Assembly (NCBI RefSeq): GCF_030684315.1 | Contig: NC_081396.1 | Span: 2,790,001-2,854,000 of the forward strand | DNA: 64,000 nt | Origin: Stegostoma tigrinum | Taxonomy: Eukaryota | Direction of reading: 5' to 3' | Part shown: piece after piece, positions 1 to 13,300 of the stretch | How the letters are laid out: each line of letters opens with the position of its first letter | How positions within the stretch are numbered: the first letter of the stretch is position 1 | The notes under the pieces: generated by a model | Seen by the model: the letters and a program-made list of their open reading frames with translations, nothing else | Databases searched by the model: none | Told to the model about the DNA's origin: nothing | Program-made: the position numbers and the translations under genes

Positions 1-1084
1 TGTAACATATTTTCACAGTTTCCTTTCCTTTGACTTCCACTATTCTTTCCTTTCTCTCCTATTTCCTCTGTTTCAAAAAAAAAACCCCTTGCACGTTCTG
101 GACTTCTTGAGAGCTTGTATTGCTTTGAGTCATCAGTATTTAACATAAGCCCACCATTTTTGTTATCTTCATCGAGCTACTTTATGTCCTTTGAAGTCCA
201 GAGCTCACTGCATGTTTGACCCCACGCTGTGTCTTAATCGCAACATGTTGTCCCTTGGCTATTCCTATTCCTTTCTTGAATATGTTCTACTGCTGTAACT
301 CTGGGTAATCAATACATTTCGTCTTCCAGCGCAGTCTGGTCAAATCATACGAGACCTTATTAAAATTGGCATTCCCCTTTCCAGATCTTTGGTTCAGGCC
401 CATTCCTGTCCATTTCCAGAAAAATCTGGAATCTAACAGTTTTATGATCGCTGTCTGGAAAATGCTACATCAGTGATATTTTAACCAGTTGTTCAAGATC
501 ATGACCTAAAGTTAATTCCAGGATCACACTTTTCTTGCAAGTTCTGTGTGAAAAAGTGTTGTATTAAATACATTGTCAATTTAGAAGCTCTGTTGGGAGC
601 ATTTTCAGAATTCTGCTCCCTCTAAATTTTTGACATGATCAATGACGGAGCTGATTTTGAAGAAGTTAAAATCCTCTTTCATCATTCCCCAATTAATTTA
701 CACTTCTCTGAAATTTGCTTGTGTATCTGCACTTATCGATCTTACGGACATGTGGTGGAATCCATATAACTCACCCAGTCGCATGTTTGGTTTTTTTCGG
801 TTTTTAATTACTATCTGTTTGCCCTCATTTGGGGATGTGCCCATGATTTAGTTCCTCTTCACAACTGAAAGTACCAGAATCAGCATTGTGACAGACGCCT
901 GATCCCATTTCACGTATTCCCCTGTCTCGCCTGAAGGCTGTATATTCTGGAATTATGAACCACCAATCCCTTCCCCTCTCAATATTTCTCCGTGATATCA
1001 ATGGCACCATTGCCTCATTTCTACCACCAACTCGTTTACTTGTTAGTCAAACTACTTCCCTTAAAACGAATAGCATCCAACTTT
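1..1084 (-). mobile_element. Decayed CR1 LINE fragment (endonuclease region) in Ig intron
   Basis: Minus strand near 445-510 reads HFPDSDH plus an ELTLGHDLEQ-like motif, matching EHFGDSDH and LDLVLGNEPGQ of the intact CR1 ORF2 at 10336-13344. Many stops. Confidence 0.6.
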
Positions 1085-1099
1085 GCTATCTCCATTTTG

Positions 1100-1632
1100 G
1101 ATGTGAGTTTGCTCGCTGAGCTGGAAGGTTCGTTTTCAGACGTTTCGTCACCATTCTAGGTAACATCGTCAGTGAGCCTCCGATGAAGCGCTGGTGTTAT
1201 GTCCCGCTTTCTATGTTGATGAACATCAACGAGCCACAAAACGACATGACCCACTATCACTCGTATCCTTACATACAGATAAGGAAGGACACCACTTTGA
1301 TTGGGACAACACATTCTTCCGAAGACAAGCCAAACAGAGACATGCACGAGAATTCCTAGAAGCATGGCATTCCAACTGGAATTCCATCAACAAACACATT
1401 GACTTGGAGCCAATCTACCATCCCCTGAGAAAAAGAACAGGATATGACATTACCCACGCAAGGAAACCTAACCAGATAAATAGAAATCGGGACATAACAC
1501 CAGCGCTTCGTCGGAGGCTCACTGATGATGTTATCTAGAATGGTGACGAAACGTCTGAAAACGAACCTTCCAGCTCAGCGAGCAAACTCACATCCAGAAC
1601 CTCAACCTGAGCTACAAATCTTCTCAAAACTC
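1100..1632 (+). mobile_element. Penelope-like element remnant with inverted pseudo-LTR arms and a C-terminal endonuclease fragment
   Basis: Arms ~1099-1214 and ~1479-1595 are inverted copies. Internal ORF 1194-1538 contains EHQRATKRHDPLSLVSLH...REFLEAWHS. A 15-bp TSD GCTATCTCCATTTTG lies at 1085-1099 and 1633-1647. Confidence 0.85.
1516..1560 (+). ncRNA. Minimal type I hammerhead ribozyme motif in Penelope pLTR
   Basis: TCA-CTGATGA-T-GTTATC/TAGAAT/GGTGAC-GAAACGTC-TGA. An antisense copy with CTGACGA lies at ~1136-1178. Confidence 0.7.
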
Positions 1633-1888
1633 GCTATCTCCATTTTGATTAAACTGATCTATAATTTATATGTGTTCATGACTTCCTTGCTGTATTTTGC
1701 AATTTTGGCCCTTCACACCATCCTGTTGATCTTTCTGTGTCGCTCATAGCTTCTGTCACAAACGTTGCATTATGACCATTGTAATCTTAAAGATCATATC
1801 TATAAACTACAAATAAACTTGATTTAGAAGAACTAATTACATTTGTTATCAAATTCGTCAGATAATTTGTACAATGTGTTTCTTTAAG

Positions 1889-2200
1889 GTCGAGATATTT
1901 TACATCCAACTCTTCTTCTAACTGTGAGTTCAAGCGAAGAAATCGAGAGAACCAAAATTGCAACCCTCGTCTGTTCAATCACAGAATTCCATCCTAAGCA
2001 AATTTCCGTGACTTGGTTGAAGAATGGACAAACCATAGATTCTGGTATCTTCACCTCTCCCGTGTGCGAAACCAGCGGGAACTTCTCTTCGACTAGTCAG
2101 CTAAGAGTCCCTTATAGTGAATGGTTCAACAGTGCAGTCTATACGTGCAAAGCCATGCACGAAGAGGTCATTCAAAGTCGAAACATCACCGGACCACAGG
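1889..2200 (+). CDS. Ig heavy-chain constant exon (IgW CH4 / IgNAR C3 equivalent)
   Basis: Acceptor tctttaag ends at 1888 and donor GTAAGA starts at 2201. 312 nt, phase 1/1. [46 protein letters not shown]...[11 protein letters not shown] has the C1-set Cys/Trp/Cys pattern. Confidence 0.93.
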
Positions 2201-2489
2201 GTAAGAAACATTAACCAAGACAACTAAAAATCACTCTGAACTTGATGTACACCAAACACACGAATTTATCAGGTTTTGTAAACAGCACAGAACAAGTTCT
2301 AATTAACTATCATGCCTCGTGTGTCTCATTCAGTGTGAATGTGATGTCAGCTCTGCTCACAATTCAGATTAGAGAAAAGAAAACCATCGTTCCCTCAATG
2401 TTGCTGCCACGTAGACAGTTAGATGGATTCGTTTGTTGGCTGATTGTTTGTTGGAGAGAGGTGGGAGAGCAGAATCCATTACTGGTAAC

Positions 2490-2880
2490 AGCTTCCTGAT
2501 AACTTCGTTCAACGAGTGATCTCATTGAAACTTAGAAAATACTGGGAGATCGAGGTAGAGTGGAAGTGAAGAAGATGTCTTCACCAGTAGTGGAGACAAT
2601 GACACGAGGGCACAGCCCAGTTTCAACGCGGCAACCATTTAGAACTTAGATGAATAGGAATATCTTTAGTCAGACAGTGATGAACCTGAGGATCTCATTG
2701 CCACAGAGAGCTGTGAAGGCCAAGTTGTTGCAAGTATTTAAAACACAGACAGACTGACTCGTGCTTGTGTGGGCAGAAGGAAGGAGAATGAGCTTGAGAA
2801 ACATGTCACACGTGATTGAGTGGCAGAGCAGAAGTAATTGGCCAAAAACGTGAAAGCCAATCTCTTGTGGTCTAAAGGTG
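2490..2880 (+). mobile_element. Old CR1 3' fragment in Ig intron (also present at ~32105-32460)
   Basis: GATCTCATTGAAAC (DLIE motif) plus a CR1-like 3' tail. It sits at the same intronic position in both Ig copies. Confidence 0.6.
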
Positions 2881-4122
2881 ACATTGTTAAATATGAAGTG
2901 ACCATGTTTTTAAAAATAAAGCAAAACACATTCACTACTTCATTCCAAGATCAGAAATTATCTGTTGGTCTTGGGCATTGTACAATGTAGACTTTAAATG
3001 TTTTGGGGCTCTTTAACTTCAATCATGACAAAAGACCACACACCAAATGGTTATCATATTTGATTAACACGTATAAACGTGATCTAATCGAGACTCTTTT
3101 AGACGTTCTCTGTAATTACTGGATGTAGCAGGAGAGCGAGGTCAGGTGGGAGTGCCACAATAGGGCTGAATGAACCAGGAATTAGAGGCAGGCTGTTTAA
3201 CCCTGGTTTCAGAATGGGGATGTTCATTCAGTGAGTAACAAAAGCCTGAATTTCACGAGCGCAAATGTCTGTTGATTTTGTACTGAGTTGAAAACACTCA
3301 TGCGTGATTTTTTTTTCTTTTTTGTTTTCGTTCTGCGAAGAAATTAAAGTTGCAGATCAGTCAATCAAATGAAAGTAGAGACCAATCATTAACTAACGGA
3401 ATGGAGGGAAAGGCTTGAGGTGATGAGTGTCCTTTCGCATTCCGATGCTGAACTCAGCGTCATACTTTCAGGTCTATTCCAATTTCGGCACGAGGAATGA
3501 TATCTCACAACATATTTTCGACAACAATCTCACACCAATAATGCAAATTGCTTTCAATCAGATTAAATTATGTGGAATATAAATTCGGTGGCCATTCAAT
3601 GTTTCTGTACAACATTAAAATCTCTTTAAAAACATGATGAATAAGAGAATAATTACGTTTGATTACAGTTGGCCCCAAATTCGGGATTTGATTTGGCACT
3701 CAGCATAACCAGCAACATTGCATGTATGGTTCATGAATGTAGAAATCTAGTCATGATATTGACCGCAGATTAGTGTTGTCACAAATATCATTCGATGATC
3801 TTAGGTGACAGAAGAACTCAGAAAGGATGATTACTCTGTGGGTTAAGTGAAGATACCTTTGGTGATATTTTTTGTTTCACAGTTTTCAGTTGTGGTGAAG
3901 CCAGTGTTCTTTAGGAATAATTGCGCCAGTCATGTTATAGGTAATCATGAATGTTTTCATGAATCAAAATATATGAATAGGAGTAAATATTGTTTCAGCA
4001 TTTGTTTGAAGTCACCAATTCGAATATGATTTCTTTACTTTGCAGGAAGTAGTCTGAAGACGTGTTTTGATCCGAAAGAGCCAGTTTTCATTGATTCCGA
4101 TTTCTTTTCATTGCCGTTGCAG

Positions 4123-4422
4123 AGCGTGGTGATCACACAATTAAAATACTACCACCACCGGTAGAACAGGTCTTACTGGAGGAGACAGTGACGTTAACCT
4201 GCGTTGTGTACAGTCTTCCTTTTGGAGTCAACGTCACCTGGACACAAGGAAGGAAGCCTTTGAAATCAGAGATTACTGAGCAAGCAGGAGACGACCCCGA
4301 CAGTGTGATCAGCAAATTAGACATTTCTACTGAAGCCTGGCTGAGTGGGGATTATTTCTACTGCGTGGTGAACCATCAGTATCTACAAACTCCTTTGACA
4401 GCTTCCATCCACAAGGAGCAAG
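4123..4422 (+). CDS. Ig heavy-chain constant exon (IgW CH5 / IgNAR C4 equivalent)
   Basis: Acceptor ttgcag ends at 4122 and donor GTGAGG starts at 4423. 300 nt. (E)[28 protein letters not shown]...VNVTWTQG...[29 protein letters not shown]. Confidence 0.93.
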
Positions 4423-4880
4423 GTGAGGGATGAGACTAAAGCACTAAGTATCCTATGAGTAATTTAGAGCCAATGATATCAATAGCATGCGTTGTTTGTA
4501 ATGGACTAACACCGTTGGCAGCAATAATGGTGCATTTTACGACTGGAAAGTGAAGTTTCTATTAAATAAAAGATTAAAGGATCGTCTCTTGTGATTATGA
4601 TTAACTCAAACAAGGTGAGAAGAAGCCTGGAGGTTTGTGATGAAAACACCAGTTACGAAAAACAGACAGAATATTCTACTTCTGGGCTGAAAACATGGAG
4701 GTGACTTTCAAACCAAACTGGGTAGTTTTCATTGAATAGAATGGATACTACTCTGTTTCTTGACAAGTTGAAAGTGAATCAATTCCAAATTAAAAATGGA
4801 ATGCTTTAATACTTAGCAAAATATCAATATTGATTGCGCATTTTAATGATTCATTTATAATTGTTTCAAATATTCTGCAG

Positions 4881-5293
4881 CGAAAAATCCACTGGAACCG
4901 TCAGTGTCTGTCCTCCTGCCACTGGCAGAAGAAATCTCCGCTCAGAGGTTTGTCTCCCTCACCTGTTTAGTTAGAGGATTCTCCCCCAGAGAGATGATCG
5001 TCAAATGGACAACCAATGACAAGCCGGTGAATCCCAGTAACTACAAGAACACCGAGGTGATGGCAGAGAATGACAACACCTCCTTCTTCATGTATAGCCT
5101 GTTATCCATTACAGCGGAGGAGTGGGCCGGCGGTGCTTCTTACTCCTGTGTGGTGGGACATGAAGCGATTCCATTGAAGATCATCAACAGAACAGTTGAT
5201 AAATCCAGCGGTAAACCGAGTTTTGTGAATATTTCGCCGGCACTGATGGACACCATCAACTCATGCCAATGTAAATCTCAAGGTCTGCTTTAA
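4881..5293 (+). CDS. Last Ig constant exon (IgW CH6 / IgNAR C5 equivalent) plus secretory tailpiece
   Basis: Acceptor ttctgcag ends at 4880. (A)[13 protein letters not shown]...[12 protein letters not shown]...[23 protein letters not shown]. Internal donor G|GTAAAC at 5210/5211 serves the membrane form. The tail reads [27 protein letters not shown]. Confidence 0.93.
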
Positions 5294-5299
5294 GAATTC

Positions 5300-5305
5300 A
5301 ATAAA
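5300..5305 (+). terminator. Polyadenylation signal of the secreted Ig transcript
   Basis: AATAAA begins 7 nt after the stop codon and is followed by T-rich sequence. Confidence 0.75.
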
Positions 5306-6479
5306 AGTAATAACGCGTTTCTTTCCTCAAATTGTGATTTAAATACACAATATTTTAATTAATTTTGTTTCCCAGTTTTACTAATATTTCATCCTTTGAG
5401 TTAAAATTGATTATTCGCAGCTCTCTGGCACATGTCAGGTGCAGTTAATGCTCCCTACTCAGGCACACTATGGTTCGGTCAGAGACAGATTAAAGCACAC
5501 ACATTGTAGGATTCTGCAAAATACCTCGTCCACCTTAAATCCCACTGAGAATAAATCTAACAATTTCTGTTTTACGACAAATGAACATGCATTTTGATCT
5601 TGCTGTTTCTGAGCCCCACTTGCCTACTCCTTTAAAGTTCACGTCAGCATAGCATGAATTGGGGACATAAACTTAAGACACTCCGAAAATAATTTTTGAT
5701 TGCAAGTTACAAACAGGAAAGAGAAGCTATGGGTACCAATCACAAAGAGTGGAAAGTAACTTGAATTTAACCTGTGTCTGGGAAACTAGAAGGGATCTCG
5801 CACCATGGCAATGGCTGACAGAATGCACCTTCACTTCTACACTAGTGAGAAACAGATGAAAAAAATGTTATTGCGGAGCACAGAGGAAAGAGAGGGAACA
5901 ATTAATGGGCTGCTTTCTTACTGCTGTACATAGTTTTTTTACGACAGAGGCCGTTTGTAATGTGAGCTCATTGCAGACAGGAGCAGTTATTCTCTTGCTT
6001 AATGTCTAGCTTTCTTTCGGAAAATGTAAAGTTTCCATGCAAAGTTATAACTCTGAAGCATTTCGGATGCACTTGTCCACCTTGATCACCTCCGAACATT
6101 GATTACCCACAATCGAAGCCTAAACCGATGATTGCAATAATCCTGTTGGTATTCCACATTTTGTGGGACACATGAGATCAATTCTGGTATTTGAGCACCT
6201 TAAGTCATTTGTTTCGAGTATAGAGCACTTGTAGATATTTTCCAGTGAACATCTTCGGAAATGTTCTCTGGAGCTGTGGGAATCTGAACTCAGGCCTCTG
6301 GTCTCAAAGACAGAATTCATTGACAAGACACTTATCTTTTCACAATAACCAGTAATGTGCCCTACACCATCCAGGTCAGACCACATTGTTGGCAATCGAT
6401 TAAAATTAAATCAGGAATAAAAATATTCATTGTCTACTGTAAGAGCAGAAATGTGCATCGATACTAAAACACGCTCGCA

Positions 6480-7570
6480 AAAGCAGCCAAAAGAACATAG
6501 ACACAGTCTCAACTGAAGACACAAGATGAATGCACACATAGAAAGGCGCATTCAATTTCGTTGAGACACAAATACGTACAAAACATTAGCATTCGCACAA
6601 ACACTCACACAAATGCACACACATAGAAAGAAAGAAACAAACATACAATTGTGAACAGGAGTTCCTGCATAACGAGGAAAAACATTTTCACACGTTGAGT
6701 CACAACTGGGCACGAAGGTATGTACATTTGTTTACCATAATACCTCCAGACACACATGCGTAAACAACAGGTACACATCCGAAATATCCTCCCGCGTCTA
6801 CACTCAGAAGGGATATATGAGCACAGAGATCAATATTAATCGCATTACTACCCCACTTTAAAACACTTGGGCACATGTGGAGAGAGGTAGCTCAATTATT
6901 TATTGTAAAACTACACTGATTGGCACATGTACATGGTCACGTCACACACACATGCAAACACGCAAGTGCTCAGATCAACAAATAGTGGAACATTCGCAAA
7001 ACGAGGATTATGACACAAGCATCAGCATATATCCACACACAAAAACACAACTAAGCATATCAGAAGACGTTTTACTCTGCATTGATGCACAAACAGGCAT
7101 CATCACACAAATATTAACATGCATCACAACATGAAGTTGCATACTAACTTAACACACTTCTGGCGCACAAACATGAATGTATCCTTCTGTACGTAGGATC
7201 TGAAAGGAACACACAAGAACAGATTTTAGTTGGCACACAATAATAAAGCTTTCAAAAAGTCATTAAAAGATAAACGTAAGCACCAACGAACGAAGTGGCA
7301 TGTTAACACAATTCAAATTTTGAAATGAACAACATTTACATACACAAGCACGGTCATGTAAATGAACAAACAAGCAGTAAAGGAACATGAACACGTTCAT
7401 TGATGCACAAACTTCAAGAAGGATATGTGCGAAGTAAGAGGCACTCATAACCATAAAGACAAGTGTTACAGGAAAAACAGATACTCGAAGCTATAGGTAA
7501 AAATAAATGAAGAGACACAAGACAAAAAAAGACTCCTGATGCATGCAGAACATACAATCAAAAGCATGAA
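6480..7570. repeat. Decayed CA-rich low-complexity tract (paralogous tract ~34280-35440)
   Basis: Dense ACACA/CACAT motifs between the secretory and TM exons in both Ig copies. Confidence 0.6.
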
Positions 7571-8050
7571 GCAATACTCTTACAGTGGATCTAAATTATG
7601 TGCATGATTTGCCAAGAAATTGGGAAAAAAAACATTCTTGAAACAAATGAGCAATTACGTTTGAACTCCGATTCAGTGATGGCCATAAATTTTCCCCTAA
7701 ATAGTTGTCACAGCCTATATTTAAAGTAAAGCAAGGTAATTAATATGATAATTCCCACTCAGTATTCCTTGAATTATAATGATTATTATATTTTCCAATA
7801 ATAGATTAAATGACGTAATAATTCAAAATGTCTTGATACGGATAATAAAGCAAACAGATTGCAGCCAGTACTGGTTAGTTATTGCTGAGAATCACAAACA
7901 CAATGATAGATGCAGATAAGATCCAAATTTGCGGTCACCCTGGCTGTTTGTAGAAAATGTTAATGTCCCTGATGGCTTTGCATATACGCAAAAACATCCG
8001 ACTTGATCAATGAGCAATCTAAATACATTCTATTGACGTTATATTCACAG

Positions 8051-8178
8051 ATACTATAGATCACACCAGGATTGAAGACAATGAGGATGATAATGGAAAC
8101 ATGTGGACGACTGCTTCCACATTCATCACCCTGTTCTTCCTGAGTATTTTCTACAGTGCTGCAGTCACTCTGGTGAAG
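8051..8178 (+). CDS. Ig transmembrane exon TM1
   Basis: Acceptor ttcacag ends at 8050 and donor GTGAGA starts at 8179. (D)TIDHTRIEDNEDDNGNMWTTASTFITLFFLSIFYSAAVTLVK has the acidic spacer and the conserved antigen-receptor TM motif. Confidence 0.93.
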
Positions 8179-8316
8179 GTGAGAACAATCAAAACATTAA
8201 CACTTCAAACAGACGAATATGGTTTGTCAGATCTTTAAGTGTGTCACTGAATAAAAAGTAAAACGCAAATGTCCCTGATCATAAACATGTGCATCAATAA
8301 TTTTCGCTCTTTCTAG

Positions 8317-8325
8317 GTCACGTGA
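8317..8325 (+). CDS. Ig TM2 exon (VT-stop)
   Basis: Acceptor ctctttctag ends at 8316, followed by GTC ACG TGA. A candidate AATAAA lies at 9113-9118. Confidence 0.85.
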   Translation, partial: VT

Positions 8326-10335
8326 ATGAATTTTGAACACCCTGGAGCTTCCTGATCAATTTATTGAGTCCTTTGAATTCCAAATCTACAGTCGGATCTG
8401 TTGTTGACTTTAACTTTGAGGTGACTTCAGTTCATCAGTATGCAACACAGAAAACAAATGATGCCTTTTCACTTGTCTCTTGTTTGAGGAGTCGAGATAA
8501 TTATGGTTTCAATGATTTGTAACTTCCCATTTGTTTGAAGTCCATTTTAAATTGTTGCTGTTATTGTTGTTCTTATTCAGAATAGTTGTTTCGCCTTTAT
8601 GCTGAGCCCATATTTTCTCTCTCCGGTGATTGTTTCAGTTGGAGATAAAATTCACCCCGCAGAGCACATGTGTCGCATTTCAATGTGGCATCCAGTCATT
8701 ATATTCACTTCTGTTAAATTTACCATCAACTTTTCTAAAACTGATTTCTGAAGTAGTTCATAAATCTTGAAGGAATTTTTACTAAACTTAAGTTTGCTCA
8801 ATTCTTTCTTCAATGCCCATCTGTTATGTTACATTTTACACACTCATGCACCCTACTCTGTGCAAAGTCAAATGCTTTTCACTGACGTCTGTGTTTCATC
8901 CAGTAATTGAGAATAACGCAGTGGGACCTTGCGGCCTACTAATGTTAATCTGTCTTTCACTCGGTCCGTCTGATGGAAATCTCCAGAGGCAGAATGATAA
9001 GAGTGCAATGGGCCTTCCATGTTTCTTTTTATGCACGAAAGTTCACTGCTTCAAGTTAAGTAATTTTAAAATTAAGGCAAATTGTTCCACCAGAAGCCCA
9101 TAAAAGGCAGGAAATAAAGTTAGAAAGCTTACTGTCCTCTCACTAAAATCCAAATAATTTTGCATGTCCAAATACCTTCATCATTCATTTGCCAAAACCG
9201 TTATCGTTCAGACAGGAAAAAAACACCGAGACAAAGCAAAAGCTGATTATTACAACTGATTTTTTTGCACATATAATCCTCATGCAACACAAATCTTGGA
9301 ATCTATTTGAAATAGCATAATGGCCAAATCCCAGGGAATAAGGTTCTGATCTATGTGATACAGGGGTATCACGAAATAGCACCAATCAAAATCGTAAATC
9401 AAAGTTGAAATGCGATCAGGCAAGGCAGGGGTCAAGAGTATTGGAAATGTTCAGCAATTGGGACTGATGTGGCGAAAGACAGATTTCAGCACCAATAATA
9501 ACAGCCATACTAAGAGTCTGGAACCTATCCAGTCTAGAGATGCTGAAACCTTTTCCACTGGTTAATGTTTATTTATTCTGGGAGCTACATACATAATATG
9601 AAACCCTTATGAAAAACAAAAATGCTGACGTTTCAAAAAAAAACATCAGTTCAGATTTTCCTTGGCTAAACCTTATATATTAGTCAAATATCAGATTCAG
9701 CAATTGGTAATTATTTGAGGCATCATAGCCAAAACCAGGCTTTCTCCCATTTACCTTCATTTACTATTTAACCGTTAAACATGAACGTGATACCTCACCA
9801 AGAGATGAACGCTCAACTTAAATATCTTCGAAAATACCGCATATGTAAATACTCCAAATTTAAATGAATTGGTCACTGAATGTACGTAGGCACACACAGA
9901 GACTATCTGGAAACCTTTTCAGCAAGAGTCGCATATTTTCATTACAGCTCGAATTGTTAGATGTGCAAAATGTCAAACAAACACAGAGGCAGATCGAAGG
10001 AGTGGAAGTGAAAACGATGATTGCAGTGATAGTTTGCAAAACATTAAATATGAACTGACAATAGAAATTGTGCAGTGCTCCTAAATGTGGGATATGCTTG
10101 AAAAGATTTTTATGTTTACTGTTTTACAAGCACTCACATCGTTGCAGATCAATCACAACTGCTCTTTCAAAGCATTACGCCAGCCTAAATGCTCACAAAC
10201 TTTTGAATGTCACGATTATTTCCGAATCCACTGCACACTTTAGAACATAGAACATAGAACATAGAACAGTACAGCACAGAACAGGCCCTTCAGCCCACAA
10301 TGTTGTGCCGACCATTGATCCTCATGTATGCACCC

Positions 10336-13300
10336 TCAAATTTCTGTGACCATATACATGTCCAGCAGTCTCTTAAATGACCCCAATGACCTTGCTTCCA
10401 CAACTGCTGCTGGCAACGCATTCCATGCTCTCACAACTCTCTGCGTAAAGAACCTGCCTCTGACATCCCCTCGATACTTCCCACCAACCAGCTTAAAACT
10501 ATGACCCCTCGTGCTAGCCATTTCTGCCCTGGGAAATAGTCTCTGGCTATCAACTCTATCCATGCCTCTCATTATCTTGTATACCTCAATTAGGTCCCCT
10601 CTCCTCCTCCTTTTCTCCAATGAAAAGAGACCGAGCTCAGTCAACCTCTCTTCATAAGATAAGCCCTCCAGTCCAGGCAGCATCCTGGTAAACCTCCTCT
10701 GAACCCTCTCCAAAGCATCCACATCTTTCCTATAATAGGGCGCCCAGAACTGGACGCAGTATTCCAAGTGCGGTCTAACCAAAGTTTTATAGAGCTGCAA
10801 CAAGATCTCTCGACTCTTAAACTCAATCCCCCTGTTAATGAAAGCCAAAACACCATATGCTTTCTTAACAACCCTGTCCACTTGGGTGGCCATTTTAAGG
10901 GATCTATGTATCTGCACACCAAGATCCCTCTGTTCCTCCACGCTGCCAAGAATCCTATCCTTAATCCTGTGCTCAGCTTTCAAATTCGACCTTCCAAAAT
11001 GCATCACCTCGCATTTATCCAGGTTGAACTCCATCTGCCACGTCTCAGCCCATCTCTGCATCCTGTCAATGTCCCGCTGCAGCCTACAACAGCCCTCTAC
11101 ACTGTCAACGACACCTCCGACCTTTGTGTCGTCTGCAAACTTGCTGACCCATCCTTCAATTCCCTCGTCCAAGTAATTTATAAAAATTACAAACAGTAGA
11201 GGCCCAAGGACAGAGCCCTGTGGAACCCCACTCACCACTGACTTCCAGGCAGAATATTTTCCTTCTACTACCACTCGCTGTCTTCTGTTGGCCAGCCAAT
11301 TCTGTATCCAACCAGCTAAGTTCCCCTGTATCCCATTCCTCCTGACCTTCTGAATGAGCCTACCATGGGGAACCTTATCAAATGCCTTACTGAAGTCCAT
11401 ATACACCACATCCACAGCTCGACCCTCATCAACTTTTCTAGTCACATCCTCAAAAAACTCGATAAGGTTTGTAAGGCATGACCTACCCCTCACAAAGCCG
11501 TGTTGACTGTATTTTATCAAGCCATGCTCTTCCAGATGGTCATAAATCTTATCCCTCAGAATCCTTTCTAACACTTTGCAGACGACAGACGTGAGACTTA
11601 CCGGTCTATAATTGCCGGGGATTTCCCTATTTCCTTTCTTGAAGAGAGGAATTACATTTGCCTCTCTCCAGTCCTCAGGTACGACTCCAGTGGAGAGCGA
11701 GGATGCAAAGATCTTCGCAAGTGGCGAAGCAATTGCATTTCTCGCTTCCCAAAGCAGCTGAGGACAAATCTGATCCGGGCCTGGCGACTTGTCAATCTTA
11801 ATGTTTGACAAAATTTTCAGCACATCAGCTTCGTCTATCTCTATCCATTCCAGCATGCACACCTGCTCTTCAAAGGTTTCATTCACTACAAAGTTGGTTT
11901 CTTTTGTAAAGACAGAAGCAAAAAACTCATTTAGGGCTTCCCCTACCTCCTCAGGCTCCACACACAAGTTCCCTATGCTATCCCTGATCGGCCCTACTCT
12001 TCCTTTGATCATTCTCTTATTCCTCACGTAAGTGTAAAATGCCTTTGTGTTTTCCCGGATTCCTTCTGCCAAGCCTTTCTCGTGCCCCCTCCTGGCTCTC
12101 CGCAGACCATTTTTGAGCTCCTTCCTTGCCTGCATGTAATCCTCTCTAGCTGAACTTGACCCTAGCTTCCTCCACCTTATGTAAGCTACCTTCTTCCTTT
12201 TCACAAGAAGCTCCACCGCTCTCGTCATCCAAGGTTCCTTAATCTTACCCCTTCTTGCCTGTCTCAGAGGGACATATTTACTCATCACTCCCAACAACTG
12301 TTCCTTAAACCGTCTCCACATGTCTATAGTTCCCTTACCATGGAACAACTGCTCCCAGTCCATGCTTCCTAACTCATGTCTAATCGCATCATAGTTTCCT
12401 CTTCCCCAATTAAATATCCTCCCATTTTGCCTAATCCTCTCCTTCTCCATAGCTATGTAGAATGTGAGGCAGTTATGGTCACTATCACCAAAATGCTCTC
12501 CCACCACAAGATCTGATACCTGCCCCGGCTCGTTTCCGAGCACCAAGTCTAGAATGGCCTCTCCCCTCGTCGGCCTGTCAACGTACTGCGTTAGGAAACC
12601 CTCCTGAACACACCTTACAAAAACAGCTCCATTCAAATCTTCTGCTCGAAGGCGGTTCCAATCAATATTAGGAAAGTTAAAGTCACCCATTACAACAACC
12701 CTACTGCGTGCACATTTTTCCAAAATCTGTCGACCTCTGCTTTCTTCAATCTCCCTGCTGCTATTGGGGGGCCTGTAGTAAACCCCTAACGAGGTGACTA
12801 CTCCCTTGCTGTTCCCAATTTCCACCCACACTGACTCAGTAGGCAGATCTTCCTCGACAAAGGAAGCTTCTGTAGCTGTGATACCCTCTCTGATTAGTAG
12901 TGCTACACCCCCTCCTCTTTTTCCCCCCTCCCTATTCTTTTTAAATGTTCTAAACCCTGGAACATCCAGCAACCATTCCTGCCCCTGAGAAACCCATGTC
13001 TCTGTTATGGCCACAACATCATAGCACCAGGTACTGATCCATGCTCTAAGTTCATCACTTTTATTCCTGATACTCCTTGCATTAAAGCAAACACACTTTA
13101 ACCGATCCCTTGGTTCCTTCCCAGGAAAATCCTTCCCACTAGCTGGTCTACCTCTTGCTACTGCCTCACCTGCATCAACGCTCACCTCTGGTATACAGCT
13201 CAGGTTCCCACCCCCCTGCCATACTAGTTTAAACCCTCTCAAACTACTCGAGCAAACCTTCCACCCAGGACATTGGTCCCCTTCCAGTTCAGATGCAACC

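Noticed and set aside
10641-12988. Overlapping and antisense ORFs within CR1 ORF2
   Set aside because: Expected by-products of a long open frame, with no independent motifs.
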